Shown in pieces: positions 1 through 12,700 of a DNA stretch of 64,000 nucleotides. A program made the translations under genes and the position numbers. Origin of the DNA: Oopsacas minuta. Lineage: Eukaryota; Animalia; Porifera. Position 1 is the first letter of the stretch. Each line of letters opens with the position of its first letter. Location: contig JAKMXF010000133.1 of assembly GCA_024704765.1 (NCBI GenBank), positions 744,001 through 808,000 of the forward strand, read 5' to 3'. The notes under the pieces are model-generated. The model did no database searches and had not been told where the DNA came from. It was given only the letters and a program-made list of their open reading frames with translations.

Positions 1-1
1 T

Positions 2-295
2 TTACATGATAATTCCAGTGATATTAATATGACAGAAACCAACACCAATAAAATTAATCCATTTCTCACTGAAGAAAACTCTCTAACTCAGCTGAATTGT
101 TCGGGCCAAACTCAAGCTAATCGACCCTCTATTCCGAAAGCTTCTGGAGACGTCGGTATGCCTATAGAAAATAGCATTCAGATTAACTTCCGTTTATCTG
201 ATGTTAAGAATAGGAACACTGATCTCAGTCCTGAAAGCACACCACTCCCTCTCAGTGATAATGAAGACATGGAAACGGACGCGGACGTGAATTGA
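2..295 (+). CDS. Probable 3' end of a CDS entering from the left edge; low-complexity Ser/Thr/Asn/Asp-rich tail, product unknown
   Basis: The frame of ORF 29..295 is open back to base 2 (LHDNSSDIN-MTETN...) and ends at TGA 293-295. No recognisable domain. Confidence 0.4.
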   Translation, partial: LHDNSSDINMTETNTNKINPFLTEENSLTQLNCSGQTQANRPSIPKASGDVGMPIENSIQINFRLSDVKNRNTDLSPESTPLPLSDNEDMETDADVN

Positions 296-840
296 TGAAC
301 TATTCAATAAATATTTATCCATTGTTTAGGTATACAATCTGTGTAACAGTTACATCTTTTAGTTGTTTCCTGATCTTTTCTGATATTCCTTATATCCCGT
401 ATACGTATAGTGATGTAGTTTAGTAATATTATTTGTTAAATTGTATACTTCTATGCTTTTAATAGGTTTTTACATATCTTATACACCCTATTTGATTCTA
501 TTTACTATCAGAGGATCAAAATAGGTCGTGATGTAGTACAATTGGTAGGTAAATATGGGTACATCATACTGCGAAATAAACCGGTACGACTGTAGATAAG
601 TGACTGTTATTGCAGGGTTTATCTAGGAGCACTGGACTCTCTCCTATATGCATATCGTTTGAAACAAAATATAGTTAAGGCTTGAAATTTTAGACCTTTT
701 CCCTATACCTAACTTAAATATCCTGATTCAGGCGTCTGAAAATCACAAGAGAAAGTGCTCCCACGTGTACTTTACATGTATAATAGCTATGTACATGGGA
801 CCAATAATTATAGAGCAGTCGTGATATACAGGTTTCTATT

Positions 841-3117
841 TTGTGTAGGAGTTGTTTTATGGCACACAAGGATATCATTTCTTCCTTCTCATTTTTTTCT
901 AATTGGGTTGATTGGGTCAAGGAGCGAACAGGATATCATAGAGATGAGCTCAATTTTTCAGAAGGACTACTCAAAACTCTGTACTATGAGACAGATATAG
1001 GATCTATCCCCAGAGGAGCTGTAGCAGATAAATACCCTATTCCTAAATACAAGAATAATCATAATTGGAATAAACAGATTATAGGATGTTATTGGTGTGG
1101 GAGAGATAGAACGGTTGTTCAAGGAATTTGTTGTTGTAAAGAGTGTATTTATTATTTACATGAATGGTGTGTTGAGAGAGTAGAATTATTCCAAGAAAGG
1201 AGATTCTGTAAATTCCCAGGTTGTGATAAGTCTCCAGGAGATAAATCTCAGGTCTGTTGTACTAGAACTCATAATTATGAGTATGATAACTTGTATAAAT
1301 TTATTACCCGAGATCAATTGAGAGGATTGATTGCTAAAGGTCCTTCTTGGTATAACAATAAACAAAGTTTTAGTACATCATCCTCTGTAATTCAGAGTAC
1401 TCAGTCTACTCATGTTAACTCAGCTATAAATACTACAATAATGGACTTAGCAAAAGAAGTTAAATTATATTTAATATTCACCACAGATGTAGGACCTATT
1501 CCTAGATCTTACAAGACATCAGATCATCTATCGTCTCAATACTCAAACCATAAGAACTGGATAACTGATATCAAAGGTTGTTATTATTGTGGTAATATAG
1601 TGACTGATAAATTTGAGTATTTTTGTTCCTATAAATGTTATAAAATATTCCATGAATGGTGTAGACGTAAGATCTTAGTAATTCACGGAATAGAATTCTG
1701 TGAATATCCTGGTTGTGGGAAATTATCTGAACAAGGCTATTCTACTTGTGATAAGTTTCATTTCCAAAGAAGAGATACATTTCTACGAACTGATGAGGCA
1801 TGGAAGTTAATACAGAAAGGACCTCATTGGTACAATACTCCATACACTAATACAGGTAGTGTAAGTACTGGCAAAGTTACTACACACACACAAACTGATA
1901 AGAAATTGAATACACAAAATACTATTATTTATCCATCAAGTAAAGTTAAAACTCACTCAAAAGCTGATGTGGGGTTAAATAAGATACCATATTCTGTTAA
2001 TCTTACAACCAAGCCCCAGAAAATAGTAACCAAACAGACTAATAAATCTACTGCTATATTACCTACAAATAATGTCAATTCCACTCTTTCTATTCAGAAT
2101 TTTACTAACACATCTGATATGAAGAAAATTGATACCAAAAATAGTACAAATGAATCTCTTATTGTCTCCAATTTCCCACCAAAAGACTCAAGTAAATTAA
2201 TTCAGGAATCAAATAAAGATGTAACTTTTCCAGGATTTAGCTACGACACATTTATAGATAGCTCTCTTAAACACATATCCCATAAGGATGAAAACCCAGT
2301 TACTATTACCATACCATCTCAAACACATAACTCAACAGTACTATCCCCTAAGCTTACTATTCTACTCATAGAACACACAGATATAGGTCCTATACCAAGG
2401 GTAATAGATGCTAAATCAAAATATACAGATATAACAGGTTGTTACTGGTGTGATGCGATTAACAGCTGTTTCAATGAGTTAACATGTAGCTGTAGATGTT
2501 GGTATCTGCTACATGAGTGGTGTGTTAGGAAAGTAGAACAAGTGTGTAGATTATGTGTTCTGCCTGGCTGTGAAAAGTTGCGAGTTGATGGTTGTAAATG
2601 TTGTAGTATAGAGCATATCAAACAGCTCTCAGTTCTACGAGGAGAATGTATTAGTGCAGATGAAGAGATAGAATTGATAATAGGGCCTAAATGGTATAAC
2701 GATAACTCCCCTATCTCCTTCTCTGATAGACAAAGCCCGTTTTATGAGTTCTCTAATTCTTTTTGTTCTACAATTCAAATTAATTTTTCTACTTGGCCTA
2801 GTGTATATCATTACTTGTGTTCACAAAGATTGATCGGGACTCCTTACTACACTCTAGTAACTATAATGGACAGTGTTAATGAGTTAAACACATTAATGGA
2901 GAAACTAACTCAGTGGGTGAGGCCAGATTGGGATTACGTTGAAAAGAGATTAACACACAGGGCTATAATATGTAAATTCAGACAGAATTCTATTCTTAAA
3001 CGATTGTTGCTTAATACAAATAATCGACAATTAATCAGTAAGGATGAAACTACTCCAGGAGATATACTGATGGATGTAAGAGGGAAATTACGAACAGATT
3101 TATATTCTCAGATTTGA
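841..3117 (+). CDS. Protein with three Cys/His-rich repeats and a C-terminal degenerate NADAR (YbiA-like) domain
   Basis: 758-aa ORF; first ATG at 859, and a possible acceptor near 848 means the true start may be upstream. Repeats TD[IV]G[SP]IPR...GCY[WY]C...C-x3-C...HEWC...C-x2-PGC...GP-x-WYN at ~991-1356, 1483-1836 and 2377-2700. From ~2740, FYEFSN...TWPSVYHYL...RPDWD...KFRQNSILKRLLLNT...DILMDVR follows the NADAR pattern (F-x-NF...WPT-x-EHYFQAQK...R-x-DW...KF-x-Q...L...LL-x-T...LM-x-VR). Confidence 0.8.
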   Translation: MCRSCFMAHKDIISSFSFFSNWVDWVKERTGYHRDELNFSEGLLKTLYYETDIGSIPRGAVADKYPIPKYKNNHNWNKQIIGCYWCGRDRTVVQGICCCKECIYYLHEWCVERVELFQERRFCKFPGCDKSPGDKSQVCCTRTHNYEYDNLYKFITRDQLRGLIAKGPSWYNNKQSFSTSSSVIQSTQSTHVNSAINTTIMDLAKEVKLYLIFTTDVGPIPRSYKTSDHLSSQYSNHKNWITDIKGCYYCGNIVTDKFEYFCSYKCYKIFHEWCRRKILVIHGIEFCEYPGCGKLSEQGYSTCDKFHFQRRDTFLRTDEAWKLIQKGPHWYNTPYTNTGSVSTGKVTTHTQTDKKLNTQNTIIYPSSKVKTHSKADVGLNKIPYSVNLTTKPQKIVTKQTNKSTAILPTNNVNSTLSIQNFTNTSDMKKIDTKNSTNESLIVSNFPPKDSSKLIQESNKDVTFPGFSYDTFIDSSLKHISHKDENPVTITIPSQTHNSTVLSPKLTILLIEHTDIGPIPRVIDAKSKYTDITGCYWCDAINSCFNELTCSCRCWYLLHEWCVRKVEQVCRLCVLPGCEKLRVDGCKCCSIEHIKQLSVLRGECISADEEIELIIGPKWYNDNSPISFSDRQSPFYEFSNSFCSTIQINFSTWPSVYHYLCSQRLIGTPYYTLVTIMDSVNELNTLMEKLTQWVRPDWDYVEKRLTHRAIICKFRQNSILKRLLLNTNNRQLISKDETTPGDILMDVRGKLRTDLYSQI

Positions 3118-3174
3118 TATACTATAATTTATAACTTATTCTTGAAGATTTACACATTTTGAATTTTTATTGGA

Positions 3175-3696
3175 ACGAGCCTTTGAGTCGTCGCTTTGCG
3201 ATGAACTCGGCGCATGGCGCCTCGAGATATTTAACGGGCAAACAACAATTGAGATTAAATAATATTGATGTTGTTTACAATATTCAGACTCAGCATACTC
3301 GATTACCTCAGTGTTGCAGTTGAAAGTATGATTCTACGTCAATTTTGAATTTGTTTACTTTATATTCATATAAACAACAATAAATTTACATATGATTAAT
3401 CCAAAATTGTGAAAATCGGATTCAGCATGTTTGATATATTTAGTGAAGTTTTATTGAATTATTATTTACTTCCTTGATAAACACGATAAATACATAGTTA
3501 TGCGACAACTTCAAAATTGAGGTAGAATCATACTTTCAACGACTATTCTGGTATACTCGAGCATGCTGAGTCTGAATATTGTAAACAACATCAATATTAT
3601 TAAATCTCAATTGTTGTTTGTCTGTTTGTTTGTCCATTGAATACCTCGGGTCGCAATGCGCCGAATTCATCGCGAAGTGACGAGCCAAATGCTCGT
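3175..3696. mobile_element. Non-autonomous palindromic element (MITE/HINE-like) with ~180-bp inverted arms and terminal ACGAGC-N-GCTCGT hairpins
   Basis: 3175-~3353 is the approximate reverse complement of ~3507-3696. The same arm sequence recurs at 57050-57310, 57800-58330 and 58441-58496. Confidence 0.8.
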
Positions 3697-4329
3697 ACTT
3701 AATTACATTACAATACACAAATAACTCTAGGACTCCTTATCTTATCCTCAGCCTGTAGAATAGAATAATAATTATAATAAATACATTCTGATAAGAATTC
3801 ATGGATAATATATAATTCACTAGTTAAACTTCTTTCAACTTTAACCAGGACAGGTACCCTGAGATTTTTGGATCTGTAAATGGAACCCTTCTGGCAATTT
3901 TGGAGGGCATTCCAATGTCCAATTTGTCTTACGGCCTATCACTAAGCCATTCAAATGCTATGATTATCCCTGAGGATAGTGGTATAATTTGATAAGTTCC
4001 TAACTGTTGTTCTAAAGTTATTAGATTCCCTTCAATGTATATTACTTTTAATAAGAGTTTCGCGTAAATAACAATTTTGTATTTAATGAAACTTACTTTG
4101 AATTTGGAGGACAAGAGTACTGATTTCCTTTCTAATTGATCCCGTTTGAGTGGGTTATGTTTATTTTGATTTGTATTTGGCACATATTTACATTTTAGTT
4201 TCTTTTATACATTTAATTCAGCCATATAGTATGTTAGTTCTGGTCTGCCTTAGTTAGTTCTGCAGAAAACATATAAATATAGCAAATTAATTGAATTGGT
4301 AAACTTGTAACTAGAGTAGTGAAGATATC

Positions 4330-6264
4330 ATGGAAAAGTATGAGAACCTTGGCATGGTAGGAGAAGGTAGCTATGGAATGGTAATGAAATGCAAACATAA
4401 AGAAACAAAACAATTGGTAGCAATCAAGAAATTCATAGAATCAGAAGATGACAGGATGGTGAGTAAAATCGCGAAAAGAGAAGTCAAGATGCTACAAAGT
4501 CTACGTCACGTGAATCTAGTAAGTCTCCTTGAAGTGTTCCGTAAGAAGAAACGACTATACCTGGTATTTGAGTATGTAGAGAGGACAGTGTTGGATGACC
4601 TAGAGAAACACCCCATGGGTCTAAGTTTCCAACAGGTATGCGGTCTAACCTGGCAGGTCCTAAATGGTGTAGACTTCATACACAATAACAATATTATCCA
4701 CAGAGATATAAAGCCTGAGAACGTGCTTATATCATCTGGAGGCGTTGTCAAACTTTGTGATTTTGGATTCGCCCGATTCATCGCAGGTCCAAGTGAGAAG
4801 TACACTGATTACGTAGCGACACGTTGGTACAGAGCCCCTGAATTGCTAGTGGGAGATGTGCACTACGATAAAGGGGTGGATATTTGGGCTACAGGGTGTC
4901 TGATCAGTGAGATGCTAACAGGCGAACCTCTCTTCCCTGGGGACTCAGATATTGACCAGATATATCACATCACGAAATGTCTCGGTAACCTCATCACTCG
5001 TCACAGAGAGATCTTCAGCAGGAATCCTCTATTCCAGGGAGTTAGACTTCCAACAGTTAGACGTATAACTTCGTTTGAGAAGAGATATCCTAAAATGAAG
5101 TCACATGCTCTTGCTATGATCAAACTGTGCCTAAAGTTAGAACCTAAGGATAGGCCAGGTTGTGCTAAACTCCTGGAGGAAGAATTCTTTGCAAATGATA
5201 CTGAATATATTCCTAAGTATAAGAAAAAGCTCAGTGCTCAGATGTTTAGCGAATTCAAGTCTAACGTACTTATTCAAAAGTTAGGCATAAAGCCAGCTGG
5301 TTATCCTGTTCTTAAAGACCAAGAACCTGACAACCAACTACAACCAGCTGAGAGAGATAGAGATAGAGATAAGGAAAGGGAGAGAAGAAGAGAGAGGAAG
5401 AGAAGTAAGCGGGAGAGTGTGACTATGTTAGAAGCTAAAGATCTGAGACCTGTAACACCCATCAAACGATTGTCAGCTAGAAAAGAAGGAGAAATAAAAA
5501 GTGGTCGAAAGAGTCCAAAAATAAGTTTAGCTGATTTGAAGATAAAATCTCCTCCCATGGTACCTCCTACCCTCTCTAAGCCTCAGAGAAGAGAATTCCG
5601 TGATGATGAATCTATACCATCAGGACGTAACACAGCCATATCTAACCTAAATTTGTATGAGCCTAATCCATTGCCTAAGCCTTATTCCCCTCAGAAGTTC
5701 CCTCCCTCTCTATACGAGCCTCCTCTCTACTCACACTTCAAGCGGGACAGTCCCCCCACAGGACTCCCACCTTCTCAGCTGAGGATAGGACTAGAGGTAA
5801 CTGTAAACCCCAGACAAACAGTAGATCCTCAAATGTTCAACTACGCTGGGTATGCCCCCTCAATCGCTTCTCGCTCTGAAGTGAGTACTATATACATGGA
5901 TAAAATAAAAGTAGATCTGCCAACTGACAAGCCATCGAACTCTGAACCGCCTTTTCGCTATGTGGGGACTACTAACAAGCCTCATTCAATACGGACTAAT
6001 TTCCCTCAATCTAATGTTACACTACCGCTACTGAATAGGGGAGCTGGTAGCAGGGAGAGGAGCACTAAACCGGGCCCTATCAAGGCTGTGCACCCGTATG
6101 AGACCCCAATCTCCCTAACTGAACCTGTTCCTGTCGGGTACAAAGGGATGGGTATGGATCCATTTCAGACCGGGGCAGGTATGCGTATAGAGCAACCTTC
6201 CTTAGATGACCTCTCTGAGACAAGGTCTACTCAGGCGGAGAGCTCTAGTCTTCCTAACGTATAA
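4330..6264 (+). CDS. CDKL2: Cyclin-dependent kinase-like kinase (CDKL1-4 family, most like CDKL2/3), single exon
   Basis: [33 protein letters not shown] (NKIAMRE-like), [29 protein letters not shown], then a long Pro/basic tail. The exact paralogue is uncertain. Confidence 0.93.
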   Translation: MEKYENLGMVGEGSYGMVMKCKHKETKQLVAIKKFIESEDDRMVSKIAKREVKMLQSLRHVNLVSLLEVFRKKKRLYLVFEYVERTVLDDLEKHPMGLSFQQVCGLTWQVLNGVDFIHNNNIIHRDIKPENVLISSGGVVKLCDFGFARFIAGPSEKYTDYVATRWYRAPELLVGDVHYDKGVDIWATGCLISEMLTGEPLFPGDSDIDQIYHITKCLGNLITRHREIFSRNPLFQGVRLPTVRRITSFEKRYPKMKSHALAMIKLCLKLEPKDRPGCAKLLEEEFFANDTEYIPKYKKKLSAQMFSEFKSNVLIQKLGIKPAGYPVLKDQEPDNQLQPAERDRDRDKERERRRERKRSKRESVTMLEAKDLRPVTPIKRLSARKEGEIKSGRKSPKISLADLKIKSPPMVPPTLSKPQRREFRDDESIPSGRNTAISNLNLYEPNPLPKPYSPQKFPPSLYEPPLYSHFKRDSPPTGLPPSQLRIGLEVTVNPRQTVDPQMFNYAGYAPSIASRSEVSTIYMDKIKVDLPTDKPSNSEPPFRYVGTTNKPHSIRTNFPQSNVTLPLLNRGAGSRERSTKPGPIKAVHPYETPISLTEPVPVGYKGMGMDPFQTGAGMRIEQPSLDDLSETRSTQAESSSLPNV

Positions 6265-6530
6265 ATAGCTCTGTTCTAACTTTTATTTCTTACTTTTGTA
6301 TTTCTAACTAATTTTATATTTTTGAATTATCTAATATCTTTCACTATTTCACAGTTGACGCCTTGACGAGGGATAGCACTAATAGCTGGTTACTTAATTC
6401 GAAAATAACAGGGGATCAAATATATAAAAACTGTTCTAAAAACACAGTTTATTATACGATATTAACACGCCTAATGATAAAAATCCTCAATTCCCATACA
6501 ACAAAATAGAGCACATGTTTTGAGTTCTGA

Positions 6531-8141
6531 CTACAGATCATCATCTCCTATGTTCATCTGAAATAGCTTGTTACCAGCTGCATCATCTCGCTCCACTGCA
6601 ATTTCTTTAATCGCTAGTGGGGAATTATCGTAATCTGGAGTGGATGTCTTACCCTTCTTCTGCTTACGTTTAATAACTGATACAGTAGTATTCGATTTCG
6701 TGTCTGCACCAAGTGAACTAGCTCCTTTCACTTCATCTTCTACAGGCGAGAGAGGATCTTCATCTTTCCCGTTTACTTCTGGTTGTTCTGCTTCATTTGG
6801 CTGTAATGATTCGTATTCGCTGGTAGAAACTGATTTCTTGGGAGAAGTAGGAGTAATAGCTTCTACATCATCATCTACTTCCGATACACTCACTATTTTC
6901 CGACCACTTTTCACGAAGGTACCCAATTTACGAGAAAGTCTTGAAGCCATTTCTGGTATACTCAGTGATTTATATGTCGTATTAGCTTTTTTCATTAGAA
7001 ACTCGCTAATAATAGTTTGAATTACAGTACTCATGTATAAGCTCTGGTCAGAACCAATATTCACCCAATCGAGTGTTGTCTTGTCGAAAAGATACTCAAA
7101 GCTCAGTGCGATTTTATATCCCTCTTTCTTACTCCTCATAACTCTCCAGCACTTTATCCTACTCAACTTAAATTCGAATAGCGGATATGCTCCGTAAGTA
7201 TCTGTAGGGTCAAATAACCTCAAACCAACAGTATTGAGTTTAATCGCTACTTCTCTCTCCTCTGGATAATCAGTATAGCAATTATCTACGTGTATGGAGC
7301 CAAAGTATGGGAGTGTGCGAGATACCTTTAAGAACTGTTTGAGGTCTTTTTCCTGTTTCAATCGTTTCATTTTCTCTTGAGTACTCGCATTAGGTTTTCC
7401 CATCAAACCAAGCTTACATTCATGTACAATCTCCTTATATACAATGTCTGTAGCGTTTTCATATGGTAACAATTCTGACAAGAATATTGCGTCATAGAAA
7501 AGTGTGTGGTAGACCAGACGTGCATTCTTTTCTAATACCTCTGTTGCTAGGAATGGTGATTCATACTGCATTAATATTCTAATGTATTTAGCATGTTTAG
7601 ACTTTTTCTTAGCTCCTGTGTCTGCTTCATCTTCATTTTCATTTTCACAGTTGACCAGAAAGAGATTGAAATGATGCATTAGTTCGGTAGGAAAATCAAG
7701 CTTTTCTGCGATTAATAACAATACTTCTTCAGTAGTATCTGTAGACAGAATATCTAAGTGAAAACTCTCACCGTTAGGTAGGAATATCTGCATATCTACA
7801 GAGAACATGTTCAATTGGAAAGTCAATTGTTGTGCTATACGAAAGAAATCTGTTACAGCTGAGAGAGTAAATATGTTTGGGAGGTTAACTATAGCTCGCA
7901 TATAGCATTCTAAACTTTCTTGCCTCTGTTTGATCTGATCCTGTGTAAGATTGAAGAACTTTTTCGAAGGAAAACATATTCCAGAAGTAATGAGTCCTTT
8001 CGATTTTAAAACGTCATGCAAACCCAGAAAAGTGCTGTAACGAACTGATGCAAAGTAGATGGTATTGATATAGATGTCGTAGGCTACGTATTTGCCTTTT
8101 TCATCACTCTTTTCCGAAAAGGAAGGGATCACTAATTGCAT
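6531..8141 (-). CDS. SNX17: Sorting nexin 17-like (PX + FERM-like domains), single exon
   Basis: PX: YVAYDIYIN...VRYSTFLGLH...FPSKKFF...RQESLECY. Then IFLPNGESF...STDTTEEVL...AEKLDFP...FNLFLV and SRIKCWRV...LSFEYLF...WVNI-x-SDQ, matching the SNX17/31 pattern. Confidence 0.92.
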   Translation of the reverse strand: MQLVIPSFSEKSDEKGKYVAYDIYINTIYFASVRYSTFLGLHDVLKSKGLITSGICFPSKKFFNLTQDQIKQRQESLECYMRAIVNLPNIFTLSAVTDFFRIAQQLTFQLNMFSVDMQIFLPNGESFHLDILSTDTTEEVLLLIAEKLDFPTELMHHFNLFLVNCENENEDEADTGAKKKSKHAKYIRILMQYESPFLATEVLEKNARLVYHTLFYDAIFLSELLPYENATDIVYKEIVHECKLGLMGKPNASTQEKMKRLKQEKDLKQFLKVSRTLPYFGSIHVDNCYTDYPEEREVAIKLNTVGLRLFDPTDTYGAYPLFEFKLSRIKCWRVMRSKKEGYKIALSFEYLFDKTTLDWVNIGSDQSLYMSTVIQTIISEFLMKKANTTYKSLSIPEMASRLSRKLGTFVKSGRKIVSVSEVDDDVEAITPTSPKKSVSTSEYESLQPNEAEQPEVNGKDEDPLSPVEDEVKGASSLGADTKSNTTVSVIKRKQKKGKTSTPDYDNSPLAIKEIAVERDDAAGNKLFQMNIGDDDL

Positions 8142-9706
8142 ACTGTCTACTAAAGCACAATAATGAGAACAATTATTTGTACGAATTAATTAAGACCAAT
8201 TATTAATATCCAAAGTCATTGCAAAGTTCATTATTAGATAGGCAAATGATCTAATGACTATCAGAACTAATTTTACAACTCTTCCTGGATTATATTTCTG
8301 ATGCTATAGTCATTATATCAGTTTTACCCACATCAAATAATGAACTCTCCTAATTGTAGAAGCTTGATTGAACAATATATATATATATATGTATATGTAT
8401 ATGTATATAGTTATATCCTTTTAGAGGTAATTCCCTATCTCAAGAAATATTTGATATACAATATGGATAAGACTATTTAAATCAAAAATTAGATCCTTCA
8501 TTCATTGTAATACAATCCATATTCGGTAAGAAGTACACTTTGATACTACTCCTACCCGAGTTTACTGTACCAATTTCACTCCGCCTGATAGGGCCAGGGT
8601 CACATTGGGATCAGGCCACTTTGACCCTATTAAGCCGAATAAAGTGTTGGCAGGGATAAACTGGTGGCTCTATTGCAATGAATATTTCGAAATACTATAC
8701 AAGTAGATATTGAGCACATACGTGCATACATTTTCCAAAGTGTCATTTGCCACTCTAATGAATAAATGTTAGTTCTTAAAACGAGCAAAATATTTTATTG
8801 AATTATAGTTTGCAGATTGAATCTTGGTTCTATTATTGAAACAAATTCACTTTTATGCATATATATAATTACAAAGTTTGTATCATTAACATGCAAAAGC
8901 TTTGTACTCACATTGTACGTGATATCTGATAACGTATGCGTGTATCAGGAACAAAGAGCTCGAGTTCTATTCGTAAAGAAATTACTTTAATCGGTCATAT
9001 TATATTAGTTTAATGAGGATGCTGTTCTCAAACAAAGACATTTATGGAAACAGGTTTAACATTAACGTCAGCTAATCCTTACGTGTAAATTATAATACAT
9101 TATCTAGAATATTAAATATGTTCAGATATTATTTTGAAATATGTGTGTTCAGCCAAACTCTACCATAAATCTTTAAAATTATGAAAAAATACTGGCTTTA
9201 TTGTAACCTCGCCTGACTCCGGTTAATCATATCACTTTTGTTTTGTTCAGGGAAATATGGTTTAACCGTTTAACGGCGGTCGATCAGACTGTATTGTTGC
9301 GTAAACACATTGAAAACAAGCTAAATTAGTTAATATAGCAATTTCATCCCAATACTAATTGCTTTGTTTAAAATAATGCTATTTTCAGTACTCGCATTAT
9401 CTAATTGGATTCCTAAAGCACAATTTCACGGTCTACTCATATCCTACAATCACTGCTTATACCATATTATCCTTGTATAGATATTATGAAACCTACAGTA
9501 TAAACATTGTGTTTCAATTTTCAACAGAAATGACCTGAACTGAGATTATTTGATTTATAATTGTTATGAGTTTGACTTTACTTAATCATTATCACAGGTT
9601 ATTTCATATTTTCTATAACTATAAATATTGTATTTGTATTGTGTTATTCTTAAAATTATTAGAATTGAAGATATAACTCATAAATCATAAATAATATTCA
9701 AGAAGG

Positions 9707-12700
9707 ATGACAAATTACAAAGAAAAAAAATCTGGATCTACATTTTATGGCTTCTCACATTCAAAGCAATCGGGAATGATAGTAAGTTGCTCGTGAATAG
9801 GAGCGGACAGGAGCTTGTACACAAATCTTATACTAATACCTAGTTATAAACAGGGGAAATGAATCAATTAGAAACACACATCTATGCATAAATACCGTAT
9901 GGAGATAAAAATATCTATACAGACACAATTATTTTCCAAAAATACGTAATCTTTTTCAGGGAAGCTTCAGCACATTACCCTCTGTAATTTTAGATATCAA
10001 ATATTTTTATTACAATCAGTGTTGCCAAGATGATGTGGCCATAAAGTTCTTGCACAAACTAGACAACCTCTTGTCAACTTCTTGCCAAAACTAAAAGTTC
10101 ATTCCAAAGTTAATGATTCCTGCCATGTTCTTGCCAAAGCCAAATCTAAGAACTTTGTTTTTGATCTGGCAACACTGATTATAATTCTCTTCTGTTAGTT
10201 AGAATCAGGATGGTTGTATAAGAAAGGAGGCAGAATATCAACCATGAAGAAGAGATGGTTTGTCCTCAAGGGAGATGTGCTACACTATTACAGCGATGAA
10301 TCGGTTAGTAGATAATCTCATTCAGTACTCTTTTGTTGGCATAATATAATGACTTATTACATGATCTTATAGGAATCTAAACTACTGGGATATATCCCAC
10401 TGGATGTGAGTACTGTACACAGAATGCCACCGGATCCTAAACACCCGAAGAAATACAGACTTGAAATAACAGGTAATAGTCCGTAATACAGATAATATAC
10501 TTAGAAATACACTCGAACCTCCGGGATACAGGCACCTTCCTCAACCGGACACCATTTACCCAAAAAGGATTGAAATTAATTTGACCAATCTCAGTAATTA
10601 TTGCTTATAATAGAGCTGTTTTTCTTAAACTTCACACAACACGTTTCGTTGTAATTCATCTCGATATTTATCCTATATACAGTAGATGCCGGATATTAGA
10701 ACACCGGTTATAAGAACATGCTGGATATAAGAACATTATGTCCACTTCCCGACGATGTTCTTACTACCGGAATTCACTGTGCTATAATTGGATCTTCCAT
10801 AGAGACTCCAGGTTATTTCTGATATGGAGCAAATATCTGAAATAACATTAACTCAATTACGCTGAGTTGAGCCAGTTGTTAGTATGTAAAGTTAACGTAT
10901 AATTTCTCAGCCTGTGGCGGTAGACAGATCCTCTCTCACAATCATGCATCTTTCTCAATTTACTCAGAATCAGAATCTATCAGAGACAACTGGTATGCAG
11001 TGCTGTTTAAAGTTGTACATGCTGTAAGTATTCATACATTATTCTAATTCTATACAACTTAATATAATTTATTAATATTATACGTAATTATTGTGTATTG
11101 TATAGCCTGCTGGAGGAGGAATATTCGGAGCTCATCTACATGAAGTGGTAGATGCTGAGTTGTATAGAGATGGAGGAGGTCAGGTTCCTTTATTGGTACT
11201 CAAGTCTATGCAGTTTATACTCAGATATGGTAAGCAGTGTAATTTCTATCTATGCATAGGTATCCATGGTCCAGGTTTACTTTGTAGATCTTTACCAATG
11301 TATTGAAAATTGATGGTGCAGTTAAAAAGTGATCAGCTCTAACTAACTGCTTCCATCGTTCCTGAATTTTTGATTAATACATAAAACACACAAATATTAT
11401 CACCAATGTGTTTCTATAGGGAAAGATGAACCAGGAATTTTAACGAGAGCAGCACCTGTCGCTTACAAACTAGAACTCTTAGCAGATAAATTTAATGAAG
11501 GTATAATACAAATAAACTTATTACCAGTTCATGTAGTCAGTAATTACGTAGTGCAGAATCCTTACATAGAAGGAATATATTTTGATTGAAGAATAACGAA
11601 CTTAGCTTCGTACTTACAGTAAACTCCAGTTAATTAAAGGACCTTATTTTTCAATATATAGGGGTGCACATTTTGTCTTCCTTGTTTGTAGTGGGTATTA
11701 ATCGTGACTGTTAAAAATAGTCTATTAATACTATTCTGTACTTTGGGTATTTATTCTAATTCTATCTGTTCTCCAGGTCAAAACCCAACAATCCCGGAAT
11801 CAGAAAACGTACACACGGTATCAGCTCTACTCAGGAAATACTTTAAAGAACTACCAGAGCCTATTATATCATCTAACTCTTATTTGGAATGTCTTTTTGG
11901 AATAAAATGTAAGTCATCAATGAAAAATCAATTATAAGAACAAAATGAGATACGTATAAGCTAAATGACTTTCATTTAGATTATGCCAAACATCCAGAGA
12001 CAGGTCTAGAAGAGTTATTCAAGATATTCTCAGCTTTATCTTACCCCAACCTATGTCTACTAGAAGTATTAAGGTAATACATAGTACATATACGTGTATA
12101 ACGTAATATTTATGTAAGCTCCGATATATGATTAGTTCTTCTATCTAGTCTCTTCTGTGATGAGTTATTAACACAAGAATATTCTATTAAGAATCATCTC
12201 ACATTCTCTAAAGCAGCTCAGATATTCGGTCCTACAATATTTGCTCCTGAGGTATTACATACAACAAATCTGATTATACGATTACACGAATATATGAATT
12301 GACAAGCAATTCCCGAAAATGTTCTTAAACCCAACAGTTACTGTATTATCATTGATACGAGATTATTATTACATATATCACACATGCAAATATAAATATT
12401 GTGGAACGAATTTATCTACCTTTCTACTGTATAATTGGTTCAATTTCCTGTAGACAGAAGATCAACAACTGCTACTAGCATATCCTGACGTCATGGACAA
12501 ATTATTAATGATATTAATAAAACATAAAGAGTTCTTCTTCCCCAGCATAGCTCAGAAACCAATCAGTCTCCTGGAGAAGTTTGTAAACAATATACCAAAT
12601 ATGTGTGATATAATATATAATATATATGACGTAATTACATTCCTTTAGGCTAGATATGTTGCTGGAAGGATATGCACCTGAAAAGGTTGGTATTCTGTCT

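Noticed and set aside
3929-4183. 84-aa minus-strand ORF upstream of CDKL
   Set aside because: No recognisable domain; it lies in the probable CDKL promoter/5' region and has AT-biased composition.
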